This document shows, one piece after another, positions 1-7,918 of a stretch of 64,000 bases of DNA (positions within the stretch are counted from its first letter, which is position 1; each line of letters opens with the position of its first letter). Source of the stretch: Eubacteriales bacterium (GTDB lineage Bacteria; Bacillota; Clostridia; Oscillospirales; CAG-382); contig JAZSOO010000003.1 in the NCBI GenBank assembly GCA_045536935.1, positions 2,281-66,280 of the forward strand. The letters are read 5' to 3'. The position numbers and the translations under genes were made by a program. The notes under the pieces are model-generated. The model ran no database searches, was not told the origin of the DNA, and saw only the letters and a list, made by a program, of their open reading frames with translations.

Positions 1-52
1 TGTAATTGTTTCGGTCAATAAAAATGAAGAAGAATCAACCCCCTCAAGCGAT

Positions 53-481
53 ATGAAGGAAAATAAAAATAACACGCAAATGATCGAAGGGCAGGCACTT
101 ACTTGCAAAAAATGTGGGGAATCCGTTACACCAGAAAGCAAATTTTGCATGGAATGCGGTGAACCTTTGGCAAAGAAACAAGAAGGAACATCTATAGTTT
201 GTCCGCATTGTGGCGGCTTGAATCCACAAGCAAGCAAATACTGTATGCACTGTGGAAAGAAAAAAATTGCATTCGTACACACAACCACTGCAACCGATTG
301 GATTTGTGAATGTGGAAATGCTAATCCTCCGGATATGGCTTTTTGTTCCGAGTGCGGAAAGCCTCATGCTGAAACCAACAAATCTTTGCCTTGGATCTGT
401 TCTAATTGTGGCACAGAGAATGAGGCTGATTATATCTTTTGTATCACCTGTAAAACAACGTACGGAGGGAAGAAAGAATGA
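53..481 (+). CDS. Multi-zinc-ribbon (double-zinc-ribbon type) protein, function unknown
   Basis: 142-aa ORF built from four CxxC-n-CxxC pairs (CKKCG/CMECG, CPHCG/CMHCG, CECG/CSECG, CSNCG/CITCK). Its stop overlaps the next ATG (ATGA at 478-481). No clear RBS, so the start is uncertain. Confidence 0.6.
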   Translation: MKENKNNTQMIEGQALTCKKCGESVTPESKFCMECGEPLAKKQEGTSIVCPHCGGLNPQASKYCMHCGKKKIAFVHTTTATDWICECGNANPPDMAFCSECGKPHAETNKSLPWICSNCGTENEADYIFCITCKTTYGGKKE

Positions 482-2073
482 TTTGTCCTAACTGTAATCA
501 AGTTATCAAGGATGGTGCGAAATTCTGCGGTTACTGCGGTGCCGATATTTTACTTGCCAAAAATTTAATTACTGAAGATACACTGGAAAAGATACTTTCT
601 CGAGTTTTTGAGCTATTATCGTCAGAAACTTATGACGAGGCGCGAGAATTATTGAATAGAGCAACTCAAAAAGATTCTAAAAACACTCAAGTATTACTTG
701 GAAAACTACTGTGCGATTTAAAAATTCGTAATGAGTATGAATTGTCGCGGTGTAGCGTTGATTTTGGCGACAATATCAACTACCGTAGTTTATTATTATT
801 TGCGGATGAAGAAACTAAAACTCGTTTTTCTTTATATCAAAAAGAAGCATCAGACAGAGCTATCCTTTTAGAAAAAGATAATAAGTATAAGACCGCTTGT
901 CGCTTTATGGAAGATGGCTCATATACAAATGCAATTAAATTATTTGAAGAACTTGATGGTTGGGAAGATAGTGCTAATAAACTTCTGTTATGCAATGAAT
1001 GCATTGAACGAGCAAGAATTGAAGAAGAAAAACGTTCCAAAAGAGTAAAACTTATTACAGCTATCGTATTACCCTTGTTGGCTGTATTTATTGTGTCTGC
1101 AATTGTTTATTCTTCCTATATCGTTCCAGAAAGTAATTATAGAAACGCCAAGTCTTTATATGCAGAAGGTAATTATATTGCCGCCGCTGAAGCAATGAAT
1201 GAGTTAGATGGATATAAAGATAGCAAACGATTAGAAGCGGATTATTATTTTGAAGCCAAAGAGTATATTAAAGCAGCTGAGTGTTATCAGCATTTGCCCA
1301 ACTGTACACAAGAATATAATCAGTCACGCTATAATCATGCAATAGACTTGTATGATGCTAAGCAATATAATGAAGCACTTGCCGAATTTACATATTTGAG
1401 CGACTTCGAGGATTCACAAGACTATGTTAAAAAATGTAATATTGGTTTGTTAAAATCTTCTTCGCCCGGATATACTTTTGAATTTGGCAGATATGAGCAA
1501 GACAACGATACCTCTAATGGTAAAGAAAACATTACCTGGATAGTAGTCAAAAATGATGGCGATAAGATTCTTTTGGTGTCATCCAAGGTCTTGGACTGTC
1601 AAGTTTTCGACTATAACACACAATCATATACACCATGGTCTAAGACAAAACTGAGAAACTGGCTGAATAAGACTTTCTATAATATTGCTTTCAATTCGGA
1701 GGAAAAAGAAAGCGTGTTATTGTCTAAAGTAGAAACAAATGACAGTGGTTATGGGAGCAGTAGTTGTAGAGATTATGTATTTATTATGAGCGAAGATGAA
1801 TTTGATAATTATAAGTCTATAAACGGAATTAATCATCCTACCGTTACGGACTATGCAAAAGCACAGGATGACCGTGATGACGATGTTTCAAATGGTTGGG
1901 CGAGTTGGTATACCCGTGACCAATCAAAATTTTCCGGATATGTTGGCTATCATTACGCTCCTGGTTCGATAGATAGCAAGGGGCGTTGTTATCATGTGTT
2001 TTCAGGCGACCATACAGGTGGTATAAGACCGTGTATATGGATTGATTTAAAGGCTTTCGAAAATGTTAGGTAA
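478..2073 (+). CDS. Zinc-ribbon / TPR-like / single-TM protein with C-terminal DUF6273-like domain
   Basis: 531 aa. GGAGGG RBS upstream. N-terminal CPNC..CGYCG zinc ribbon, helical repeat region, hydrophobic segment ITAIVLPLLAVFIVSAIVYSSYIV. The C-terminal region shows DUF6273-like hallmarks (ITWIVV.., LRNWLN, VFIMSEDE, GGIRPCIWIDL). Confidence 0.65.
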   Translation: MICPNCNQVIKDGAKFCGYCGADILLAKNLITEDTLEKILSRVFELLSSETYDEARELLNRATQKDSKNTQVLLGKLLCDLKIRNEYELSRCSVDFGDNINYRSLLLFADEETKTRFSLYQKEASDRAILLEKDNKYKTACRFMEDGSYTNAIKLFEELDGWEDSANKLLLCNECIERARIEEEKRSKRVKLITAIVLPLLAVFIVSAIVYSSYIVPESNYRNAKSLYAEGNYIAAAEAMNELDGYKDSKRLEADYYFEAKEYIKAAECYQHLPNCTQEYNQSRYNHAIDLYDAKQYNEALAEFTYLSDFEDSQDYVKKCNIGLLKSSSPGYTFEFGRYEQDNDTSNGKENITWIVVKNDGDKILLVSSKVLDCQVFDYNTQSYTPWSKTKLRNWLNKTFYNIAFNSEEKESVLLSKVETNDSGYGSSSCRDYVFIMSEDEFDNYKSINGINHPTVTDYAKAQDDRDDDVSNGWASWYTRDQSKFSGYVGYHYAPGSIDSKGRCYHVFSGDHTGGIRPCIWIDLKAFENVR

Positions 2074-2140
2074 TTTTAAGTGGCACTTTAAGTTAGAGAG
2101 ACAACATAACAAAAACAGAGTACAATATAATCTTTGATGT

Positions 2141-2179
2141 TTCCACCTCCACTTTGTTTGGAGGTGGAATTCTATTTTT
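2141..2179 (+). terminator. Rho-independent terminator of the zinc-ribbon gene pair
   Basis: Stem TTCCACCTCC / GGAGGTGGAA with a 9-nt loop, followed by ttctattttt. Confidence 0.75.
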
Positions 2180-2220
2180 GAAAGTTAATCATATTTTCAA
2201 ACTTATATCCTGTTATGTTT

Positions 2221-2280
2221 TTGGTGTTCGTTTACGGGAGGTTTGCTCGTTTACGGCAGATTTGTTCGTTGACGGGAGCG
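2221..2280. repeat. Three tandem imperfect ~19-bp repeats (consensus TTTGYTCGTTKACGGSAG)
   Basis: Read directly: tgttcgtttacgggagg / tttgctcgtttacggcaga / tttgttcgttgacgggagcg. Confidence 0.7.
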
Positions 2281-2440
2281 AATATTCATTGGCGGGGAGA
2301 GGGCGAAAATGCTGATTTTGGGTGTTTTTCGGTTGTGCGGTAACCTTATATCCCCGATACAATTTTAGTACAAAGTCCTTTTTTTACAGCGCCTTATACA
2401 AACAAAAGTGCTGATAACAGGCGAAAAAACACAAAAAATT

Positions 2441-2467
2441 AAGGTTGATTCGTTTTGAATCAACCTT
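2441..2467 (-). terminator. Hairpin terminator downstream of the displaced tmRNA 3'-end fragment
   Basis: AAGGTTGATTC-gtttt-GAATCAACCTT. On the minus strand it is followed by a T-rich run (plus-strand aaaaaacacaaaaaatt). Confidence 0.55.
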
Positions 2468-2475
2468 AATGAGTA

Positions 2476-2497
2476 TTGGTGGAGCCGAGGGGAATCG
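2476..2497. repeat. 22-bp direct duplicate of the tmRNA 3' end (att-like core)
   Basis: ttggtggagccgaggggaatcg occurs at 2476-2497 and again at 2634-2655, the genuine ssrA 3' end. The sequences diverge immediately beyond the core. Confidence 0.85.
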
Positions 2498-2590
2498 CTC
2501 TCGCCTGCGGGCTCGGTCAGGGTCGGCTCTGACGTGCCCCCGGCACGTCATTCACTACCGACCCGTTCGATTCCCCCAACTTAACCAGGA

Positions 2591-2625
2591 AATAAAAACA
2601 AGCCAAACCCAAATGGGTTCGGCTT
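2591..2625 (-). terminator. Rho-independent terminator of ssrA
   Basis: Minus-strand hairpin AAGCCGAACCC-attt-GGGTTTGGCTT followed by GTTTTTATTT, directly after the CCA end. Confidence 0.8.
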
Positions 2626-2634
2626 ATTTTCATT

Positions 2635-2986
2635 TGGTGGAGCCGAGGGGAATCGAACCCCTGTCCGAAAACCCGTCCACGGCGTTTTCTCCGAGCGCAG
2701 TCTGTCTTTGGGATTCCCCTTTGGCTATGCCGACAGACAGGCAAAGCCAAACGGTAGCTTCATTAGTTCATGGAAGGGCTCAAAGCTTTGCCCGACACAC
2801 GTTCACCACTAAGTGACGCCGCAATCGAGGCCGTGGTACTCCTCGGTGCGACGGAAGCTGCGATTAGGCAGCTACTGCTAATTTGTTATTGTTAGCGTTT
2901 AATTTTAAGTTGCACATTTTTAGGAAGTTATGCGCTTCTGCTCGCTTACACCGTTTCAAGATCCCCGTCGAAACCTTTACGGCCCC
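2635..2986 (-). ncRNA. ssrA: tmRNA (transfer-messenger RNA)
   Basis: The minus strand starts GGGGCCGTAAAGGTTTCGACGGGG and ends GGGGTTCGATTCCCCTCGGCTCCACCA. The acceptor stem has the G3:U70 pair. An internal tag ORF GCT AAC AAT AAC AAA TTA GCA GTA GCT GCC TAA (ANNNKLAVAA) lies at 2864-2896. smpB is adjacent. Confidence 0.93.
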
Positions 2987-3004
2987 ATGAAGACCGATAA
3001 ACGG

Positions 3005-3661
3005 TCATATATTATGTTTTTCTTTAAAAATCTTCAAGACCGTTTCGGTCATAAGACATATTAACCTTTCTGCCTCTTCCTCGTTATGCGTGAGCAGGGG
3101 GACAGACCTATCCGCCTTTCCGTTTTCGTAAAGATGAACGGCGTAGAGGATACGTTCGGTTATATCGTCCTTTGTGAAATAGTCGAAATAGAGGTTATCG
3201 AACCTTTCAACAGTTTTGAGTGTTGTGAGCGGTTCAAAGTCCTTATTTTCTTCCAAGAACCGATAATCTATCTGGTACCAGCCGTTACGTATATCGGTTA
3301 TGTTTGCTCTCCAGAAATCCATTCCGTGAAGATGCATATACGGGTGGATAACATCACGAACGTAGACAGTGTCGGTCAAAATATGGGCATAATATCCCAA
3401 ACAGAGCGACCTTTTGAAGGGGTCAAGCTCGTTCTCGCAGTATTTTTTATAAAATTCTGCATTATCCTCAAATCGTTGCTCATAGGTAACGCCTTCACGT
3501 TTCCAATGCGAAACGTCTTTTGTCGGGATATATGTAAAATTGTTTATCATTCTTCCGCTGTCGGGCGCAATCGAGCCGACGTAGAACGCCGTTATATCGG
3601 GAATATCTATCGCTTGAGCGATCTTTTGCGCAACACGGAGATGAGTTAGCCAGGTTGCCAT
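3005..3661 (-). CDS. Metal-dependent hydrolase, zinc-dependent phospholipase C-like (tentative)
   Basis: 218 aa. N-terminal W-x-THLRVA, APD, SHW and YYAHILTD motifs resemble the Zn-PLC/P1-nuclease-like fold. Its ATG shares one nucleotide with the smpB TGA (TGATG). Confidence 0.5.
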   Translation of the reverse strand: MATWLTHLRVAQKIAQAIDIPDITAFYVGSIAPDSGRMINNFTYIPTKDVSHWKREGVTYEQRFEDNAEFYKKYCENELDPFKRSLCLGYYAHILTDTVYVRDVIHPYMHLHGMDFWRANITDIRNGWYQIDYRFLEENKDFEPLTTLKTVERFDNLYFDYFTKDDITERILYAVHLYENGKADRSVPLLTHNEEEAERLICLMTETVLKIFKEKHNI

Positions 3662-4122
3662 CAGTAATTACCCTTATCCGCACGTTCCATTTCACGTTTT
3701 GCGGTTTTTTCTGCCTCGACGGCACGTTTATCGTAAAGCTTTTTACCCTTGCAAAGACCTATCTCGACCTTGACCCAGCGTCCCAGGAAGTACATCGAAA
3801 GCGGGATTATCGAATACCCCTGCTGTCCGACCTGCCCGAAAAGACGGTCGATCTCTCGTCTGTGCATCAAAAGTCTTCTTGCTCTGTAAGGGTCACGGTT
3901 GAAGATATTGCCCTTTTCGTAGGGGCTTATATGCATACCGTAAACGTATATTTCGCCGTTATCTATACGGCAGAACGAGTCCTTGAGGTTCACCCTTCCG
4001 CAACGCAGAGATTTGACCTCGGTGCCGAAAAGCTCGATGCCGGCTTCAAAGGTATCAACGACGAAATATTCGTGATATGCGGCTTTGTTATTCGCTATAT
4101 TTCGTTTTATATCCATTTCCAT
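3661..4122 (-). CDS. smpB: SsrA-binding protein SmpB
   Basis: 153 aa. IANNKAAYHEYFV..FEAGIEL.GTEVKSLR and C-terminal KGKKLYDKR motifs are typical of SmpB. The gene lies next to ssrA. Confidence 0.95.
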   Translation of the reverse strand: MEMDIKRNIANNKAAYHEYFVVDTFEAGIELFGTEVKSLRCGRVNLKDSFCRIDNGEIYVYGMHISPYEKGNIFNRDPYRARRLLMHRREIDRLFGQVGQQGYSIIPLSMYFLGRWVKVEIGLCKGKKLYDKRAVEAEKTAKREMERADKGNY

Positions 4123-4201
4123 CTCCGCAATGTAGGTTTATTCAAGGTTTCAAGTCCTCGACTGCGATACGAAAGAAGTATACTATAAACAGGGTAAAAA
4201 A

Positions 4202-4927
4202 TCAATGATCAATTTTACCCAACATATATTCTGCTTCAAAGCAAGCCGATTCTTTTGTTGAATTATCGGCAAAAACGGCGAAACCGTTCTCGGTCTTGCC
4301 GACAGAAACGAGAAGCTTGTCGTTTATGACCGCTTCGTGACGGAAGATTATTCTCACGCCCGATACGAAATCCTCTTTTCTGTCAAAGGGAAGAAAATCG
4401 AGAGCTATGTCCGAATAGACACAATTATTAAGATGGTCGTTTTCGTCAAGGTCGGAAAGGCGGACTGTGCGTTCCCCCGAAAGCTCTTTGTTTTCGCATT
4501 TTATCGAACGGGGAAGCTCGATAGTGTCGCAATCTATGTTTGCTTCTCCTATCGGGAAGGGGAAATCACGGGGACGGACTATTTGGCGGTTGTCGTATTT
4601 AACGACGACCCATTGTGTTGTTGCGTGGATCATCTCCTCACCGTCACGGTAAAATTCAAATTCACGTTCGAAGGAAACACCCGAAACCTTGTTGTTATAG
4701 GTGCGAACGGTAAGCTCGTCATAAGCATAGACGGGTTTCTTGATATTTATACCAAGCTTTGTTAAAACGAACACCATATTAACGCTGCGCATCATTTGGT
4801 AAGTGCAAGCCATTTCGTCGCAATCCTCACGTGCAAGCTGTTGCATATAATGCTGCAGAGCCGAGGGCTTTAAGGTGCTGTTCGGGAAAACGTCATAGCT
4901 TTTGACGGAGATCTTTGTTTCTAACAT
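4202..4927 (-). CDS. Acyl-ACP thioesterase
   Basis: 241 aa. The double hot-dog layout and the N-terminal region (YDV.PN..LKPSALQHYMQ) resemble FatA/B-type acyl-ACP thioesterases. Its ATG overlaps the stop of the upstream recombinase (TAATG). Confidence 0.8.
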   Translation of the reverse strand: MLETKISVKSYDVFPNSTLKPSALQHYMQQLAREDCDEMACTYQMMRSVNMVFVLTKLGINIKKPVYAYDELTVRTYNNKVSGVSFEREFEFYRDGEEMIHATTQWVVVKYDNRQIVRPRDFPFPIGEANIDCDTIELPRSIKCENKELSGERTVRLSDLDENDHLNNCVYSDIALDFLPFDRKEDFVSGVRIIFRHEAVINDKLLVSVGKTENGFAVFADNSTKESACFEAEYMLGKIDH

Positions 4928-5916
4928 TATTTTTTTATCTTCGCAAGCGGATTCGCCTGTGCTGCCTCCTGAAGTTTTTTGTCGGAAAGGTGGGTATATA
5001 TCTGTGTTGTCGTAAGCTGTTCGTGCCCGAGAATATTTTGCAAGGTCAAAACGTCGACCTCGCCTTCGTTATAAAGCAGAGTTGCCGCCGTATGACGCAA
5101 TTTATGTACCGAAAGACCGCGTCCGCCGAGACCTGCTGCGTCAAGATAGCGGTATACTAACGTCTGCACCATTTGGTTTGAAATTCTCGTTCGGCGAGAG
5201 CTTAAGAACAGAGCATTCTTATCGATTATCGGCTGACCGAACTGTGTTGCCTTTGTTTGACGTACGGCAAGATAGTCGGAAAGTGCGCTTTGGCAGGCGG
5301 AATTTAGGTATACGATACGCATTTTGTTACCCTTACCCGTAACGACAAGCTTTGACATATCGTGCTCGATATGCGAAAGGTCGATGCCAACAAGCTCCGA
5401 AAGACGCATACCGCAATTCAAAAAGAGGGTCAAAATACAATAATCACGCTCGAAATTCGGACAATCACGGGGAACGCTTTCCAAAAGGCGTATGCTCTCT
5501 TCGAGCGAAAGATATTTCGGCAGAGCGGGCTTGACCGTCGGGCTGTCGATATCCTTGACGGGATTTTCGGAAATACGGCGTGATTTTGCCGTATGGTATT
5601 TATAAAACGCCTTAAGCGCAGAAAGCCTTCTTGCACGGATACGAACACCGTTGCCACGAACAGAGGCAAGATAGAGCATAAAGGCATAGACCTCTTCGGT
5701 CTTTACCGAAGCAACCATAGCATAATCGAGGTTTGAGATATCAACGTCCTTCATCTCTACACGGTCGGGATTTTCACCTCTGCGTATGACGGTGATATAG
5801 CGGAAAAAGAGGAGAATATCGTTGATATATTCCTTGACGGTAAGCGCAGAGCAGTTTTGTATCGAGCCTTTATATCCCGCAAAGGTTATAAGCGGTTCGG
5901 GCAGAGAAACGGTCAA
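4927..5916 (-). CDS. Tyrosine site-specific recombinase (XerC/XerD-like)
   Basis: 329 aa. C-terminal catalytic signature HKLRHTAATLLY...LGHEQLTTTQIYTHL and an SAM-like N-terminal domain. TTG start preceded by AAGGAGGT. Confidence 0.85.
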   Translation of the reverse strand: MTVSLPEPLITFAGYKGSIQNCSALTVKEYINDILLFFRYITVIRRGENPDRVEMKDVDISNLDYAMVASVKTEEVYAFMLYLASVRGNGVRIRARRLSALKAFYKYHTAKSRRISENPVKDIDSPTVKPALPKYLSLEESIRLLESVPRDCPNFERDYCILTLFLNCGMRLSELVGIDLSHIEHDMSKLVVTGKGNKMRIVYLNSACQSALSDYLAVRQTKATQFGQPIIDKNALFLSSRRTRISNQMVQTLVYRYLDAAGLGGRGLSVHKLRHTAATLLYNEGEVDVLTLQNILGHEQLTTTQIYTHLSDKKLQEAAQANPLAKIKK

Positions 5917-6125
5917 GATATTACCTCCTTTTGCTTGTTTTCAATAATTATAATTGTTTTTTTCTTCAAAATCAAGGGCGGACGTACTGTTTTAACAAAT
6001 TTTATACAATTCATTCTTTGGGATTTTGGTGGGAAAATTTTGAGATGAAAAAATATTTTGTATAATGTAAAGTTTTATTGGGTATCCGCCGTACCTCCCT
6101 CGTCAGTAAAAATTTTGGAGGTTCT

Positions 6126-7817
6126 ATGAAAACAAACGCAAAGATCAATCTGTCCTTCGATATAAGCGCTGTTAAAACACCGCAAAGCGTATCCTCGAAG
6201 CAGTTTGATAACTTGACCCGTACCCTGACGGTACGGTTCGGGAAGGAGATTCCCGAAGAGTCGGTCGTCGTTTTAAGAGGAACGAAGCCCGATTCGACAA
6301 TATTCGAGCTTGTCGGCAATCGTTTGGGTGATTACGAATATCTTTTCGAATTTACCGAAAATTCTCTTTCGGTTTCGGGAAGGATCGTTTGCGACGTGAA
6401 TTGCACCCTTTTTGAAAACGGTATTGCAAAGACCTGCTCGACAGAGATTTTCTTTATTGAAAATATGTCCTCTGCCGTACCTGCAAACGGAAAAGAGGAC
6501 AACAACGCAAAAACGGTCCCCTTGATCATCGAAAATGCGCTTGCCGATGCCAAGGAAAGCGGTACGTTCGACGGCAAAGACGGCAAAGACGGCAAAGACG
6601 GCAAATCTGCCTATGAATATGCCGTTGAGGGCGGTTTTACGGGAAGTGAAGAGGATTTTTCAAGGAAGCTTGCCGAGGACAATTCTGTAAACGGTATACC
6701 TGCAAATGCCGTCAGAAAAACCGTCTTGGGCAGTGTTGTCAGAATTGACGATATGATTCCCGAGATACAGAATATCAACGGTTCTGTCAAAAGTAAAAAC
6801 CTTCTTCCGATCATGCCGACAAAAACTCTTAACGGGGTGTTATTTACGGTATTCGGTGACGGCAGGATCGTTATAAGCGGTACGGCAAGCGCAGATACGT
6901 CTTTCACGATTCCGTTATCGCTCCCTGCAAACACGTATACCTTTTCAATGAACAACCCTTACGTTTTCGGCGGTGAGATGATACGTGTTATTGCTTACGG
7001 CAAAACAGGTGCTCCGCTTTGTACGGTAACACCCGATACGGTAAACAAGACGTATACCTTCAAGAGTGAAAGCGAGATAGGTATGCTTACAATAAGACTT
7101 TCAAGCGGTTTGGAGCTTAACGATTTTATAATCAAGCCCCAGCTTGAAATCGGCTCTGTTTCAACTCCCTATACACCCATTATAGAAACGGGAGATCTTT
7201 CTTGCTTTGTCTTTGGGAAGAATCTTCTTCCGCCGTTAAAGAAAAGCCAAGCTATAAACGGACTTGCTGTAACACCGAATCCCGACGGTACGGTTACGGT
7301 CGACGGAAGTGCGGAAAGTTCTTTTGTGAGTACGGTTTTCGACCTTGCGCTTCTCAACGAAAACGGCGAAAGCGAAGGTGCTGTGCTGAAGGCAGGGAAG
7401 GTTTATACTCTTTCGATGTTAAAAGACGGAATACAAAACGGCTCCTACAAATCCGAAATATACTATCCCGACACAGACGAAACGGTAGTGCTTTCCAATC
7501 TTGGCGATAAAAGCCGTGAAAGAGTTTTGAAAAGAGTCTATATCGAGCGAACACTTTCCAAGGGGAGCACTGTATTGAACGGTGTTTATTCACTTCAGCT
7601 CGAGCTTGGCTCGGTAAGAAGCGGGCACGAGGCATATTCGAAGGAAAAATATACTTCCGACGGGAACGGCCTTTTGGAATTCCTTTCGGTAAACCCGACG
7701 ATGACGGCACAGACCGAAAACGAGGGTGCCGTTGTCGAATTGACCTATTCACAGGACACAAATTCGGCACTGAATGATATTAAAAATGCGTTAAAAGCAC
7801 TTGGCGCAGACATTTGA
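6126..7817 (+). CDS. Phage tail-fibre / receptor-binding-protein-like protein (BppU-N-like head, collagen-like GKD x3, two beta-sandwich modules)
   Basis: ATG at 6126 with a GGAGG RBS (the track ORF begins earlier, at 6078). GKDGKDGKDGKSAYEYAVEGGFTGSEEDF is a classic phage fibre motif. Two ~150-aa modules begin KNLLP and end QLE(I/L)GSV. Confidence 0.6.
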   Translation: MKTNAKINLSFDISAVKTPQSVSSKQFDNLTRTLTVRFGKEIPEESVVVLRGTKPDSTIFELVGNRLGDYEYLFEFTENSLSVSGRIVCDVNCTLFENGIAKTCSTEIFFIENMSSAVPANGKEDNNAKTVPLIIENALADAKESGTFDGKDGKDGKDGKSAYEYAVEGGFTGSEEDFSRKLAEDNSVNGIPANAVRKTVLGSVVRIDDMIPEIQNINGSVKSKNLLPIMPTKTLNGVLFTVFGDGRIVISGTASADTSFTIPLSLPANTYTFSMNNPYVFGGEMIRVIAYGKTGAPLCTVTPDTVNKTYTFKSESEIGMLTIRLSSGLELNDFIIKPQLEIGSVSTPYTPIIETGDLSCFVFGKNLLPPLKKSQAINGLAVTPNPDGTVTVDGSAESSFVSTVFDLALLNENGESEGAVLKAGKVYTLSMLKDGIQNGSYKSEIYYPDTDETVVLSNLGDKSRERVLKRVYIERTLSKGSTVLNGVYSLQLELGSVRSGHEAYSKEKYTSDGNGLLEFLSVNPTMTAQTENEGAVVELTYSQDTNSALNDIKNALKALGADI

Positions 7818-7918
7818 TAAAAACTTTATAAATATTTACAAAACAATGCGTTAAATAGTATTGACAAAGTTGAATTAATGTGCAAAAATCCTTAATGTAA
7901 ATAATTAGGAGATGCACT

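Noticed and set aside
2445-2816. ORFs 2445-2816 (+) and 2517-2750 (-) overlapping the tmRNA locus.
   Set aside because: They run through the ssrA gene, its terminator and the att-like duplicate. They have no RBS and their composition is RNA-gene-like, so they are treated as spurious.
5917-6125. Invertible promoter between the tyrosine recombinase and the tail-fibre-like gene.
   Set aside because: The only inverted repeat flanking the putative -10 element is GGCGGA / TCCGCC (6 bp). That is far shorter than known invertase or shufflon sites, and no alternative 3' cassettes follow the fibre-like gene.
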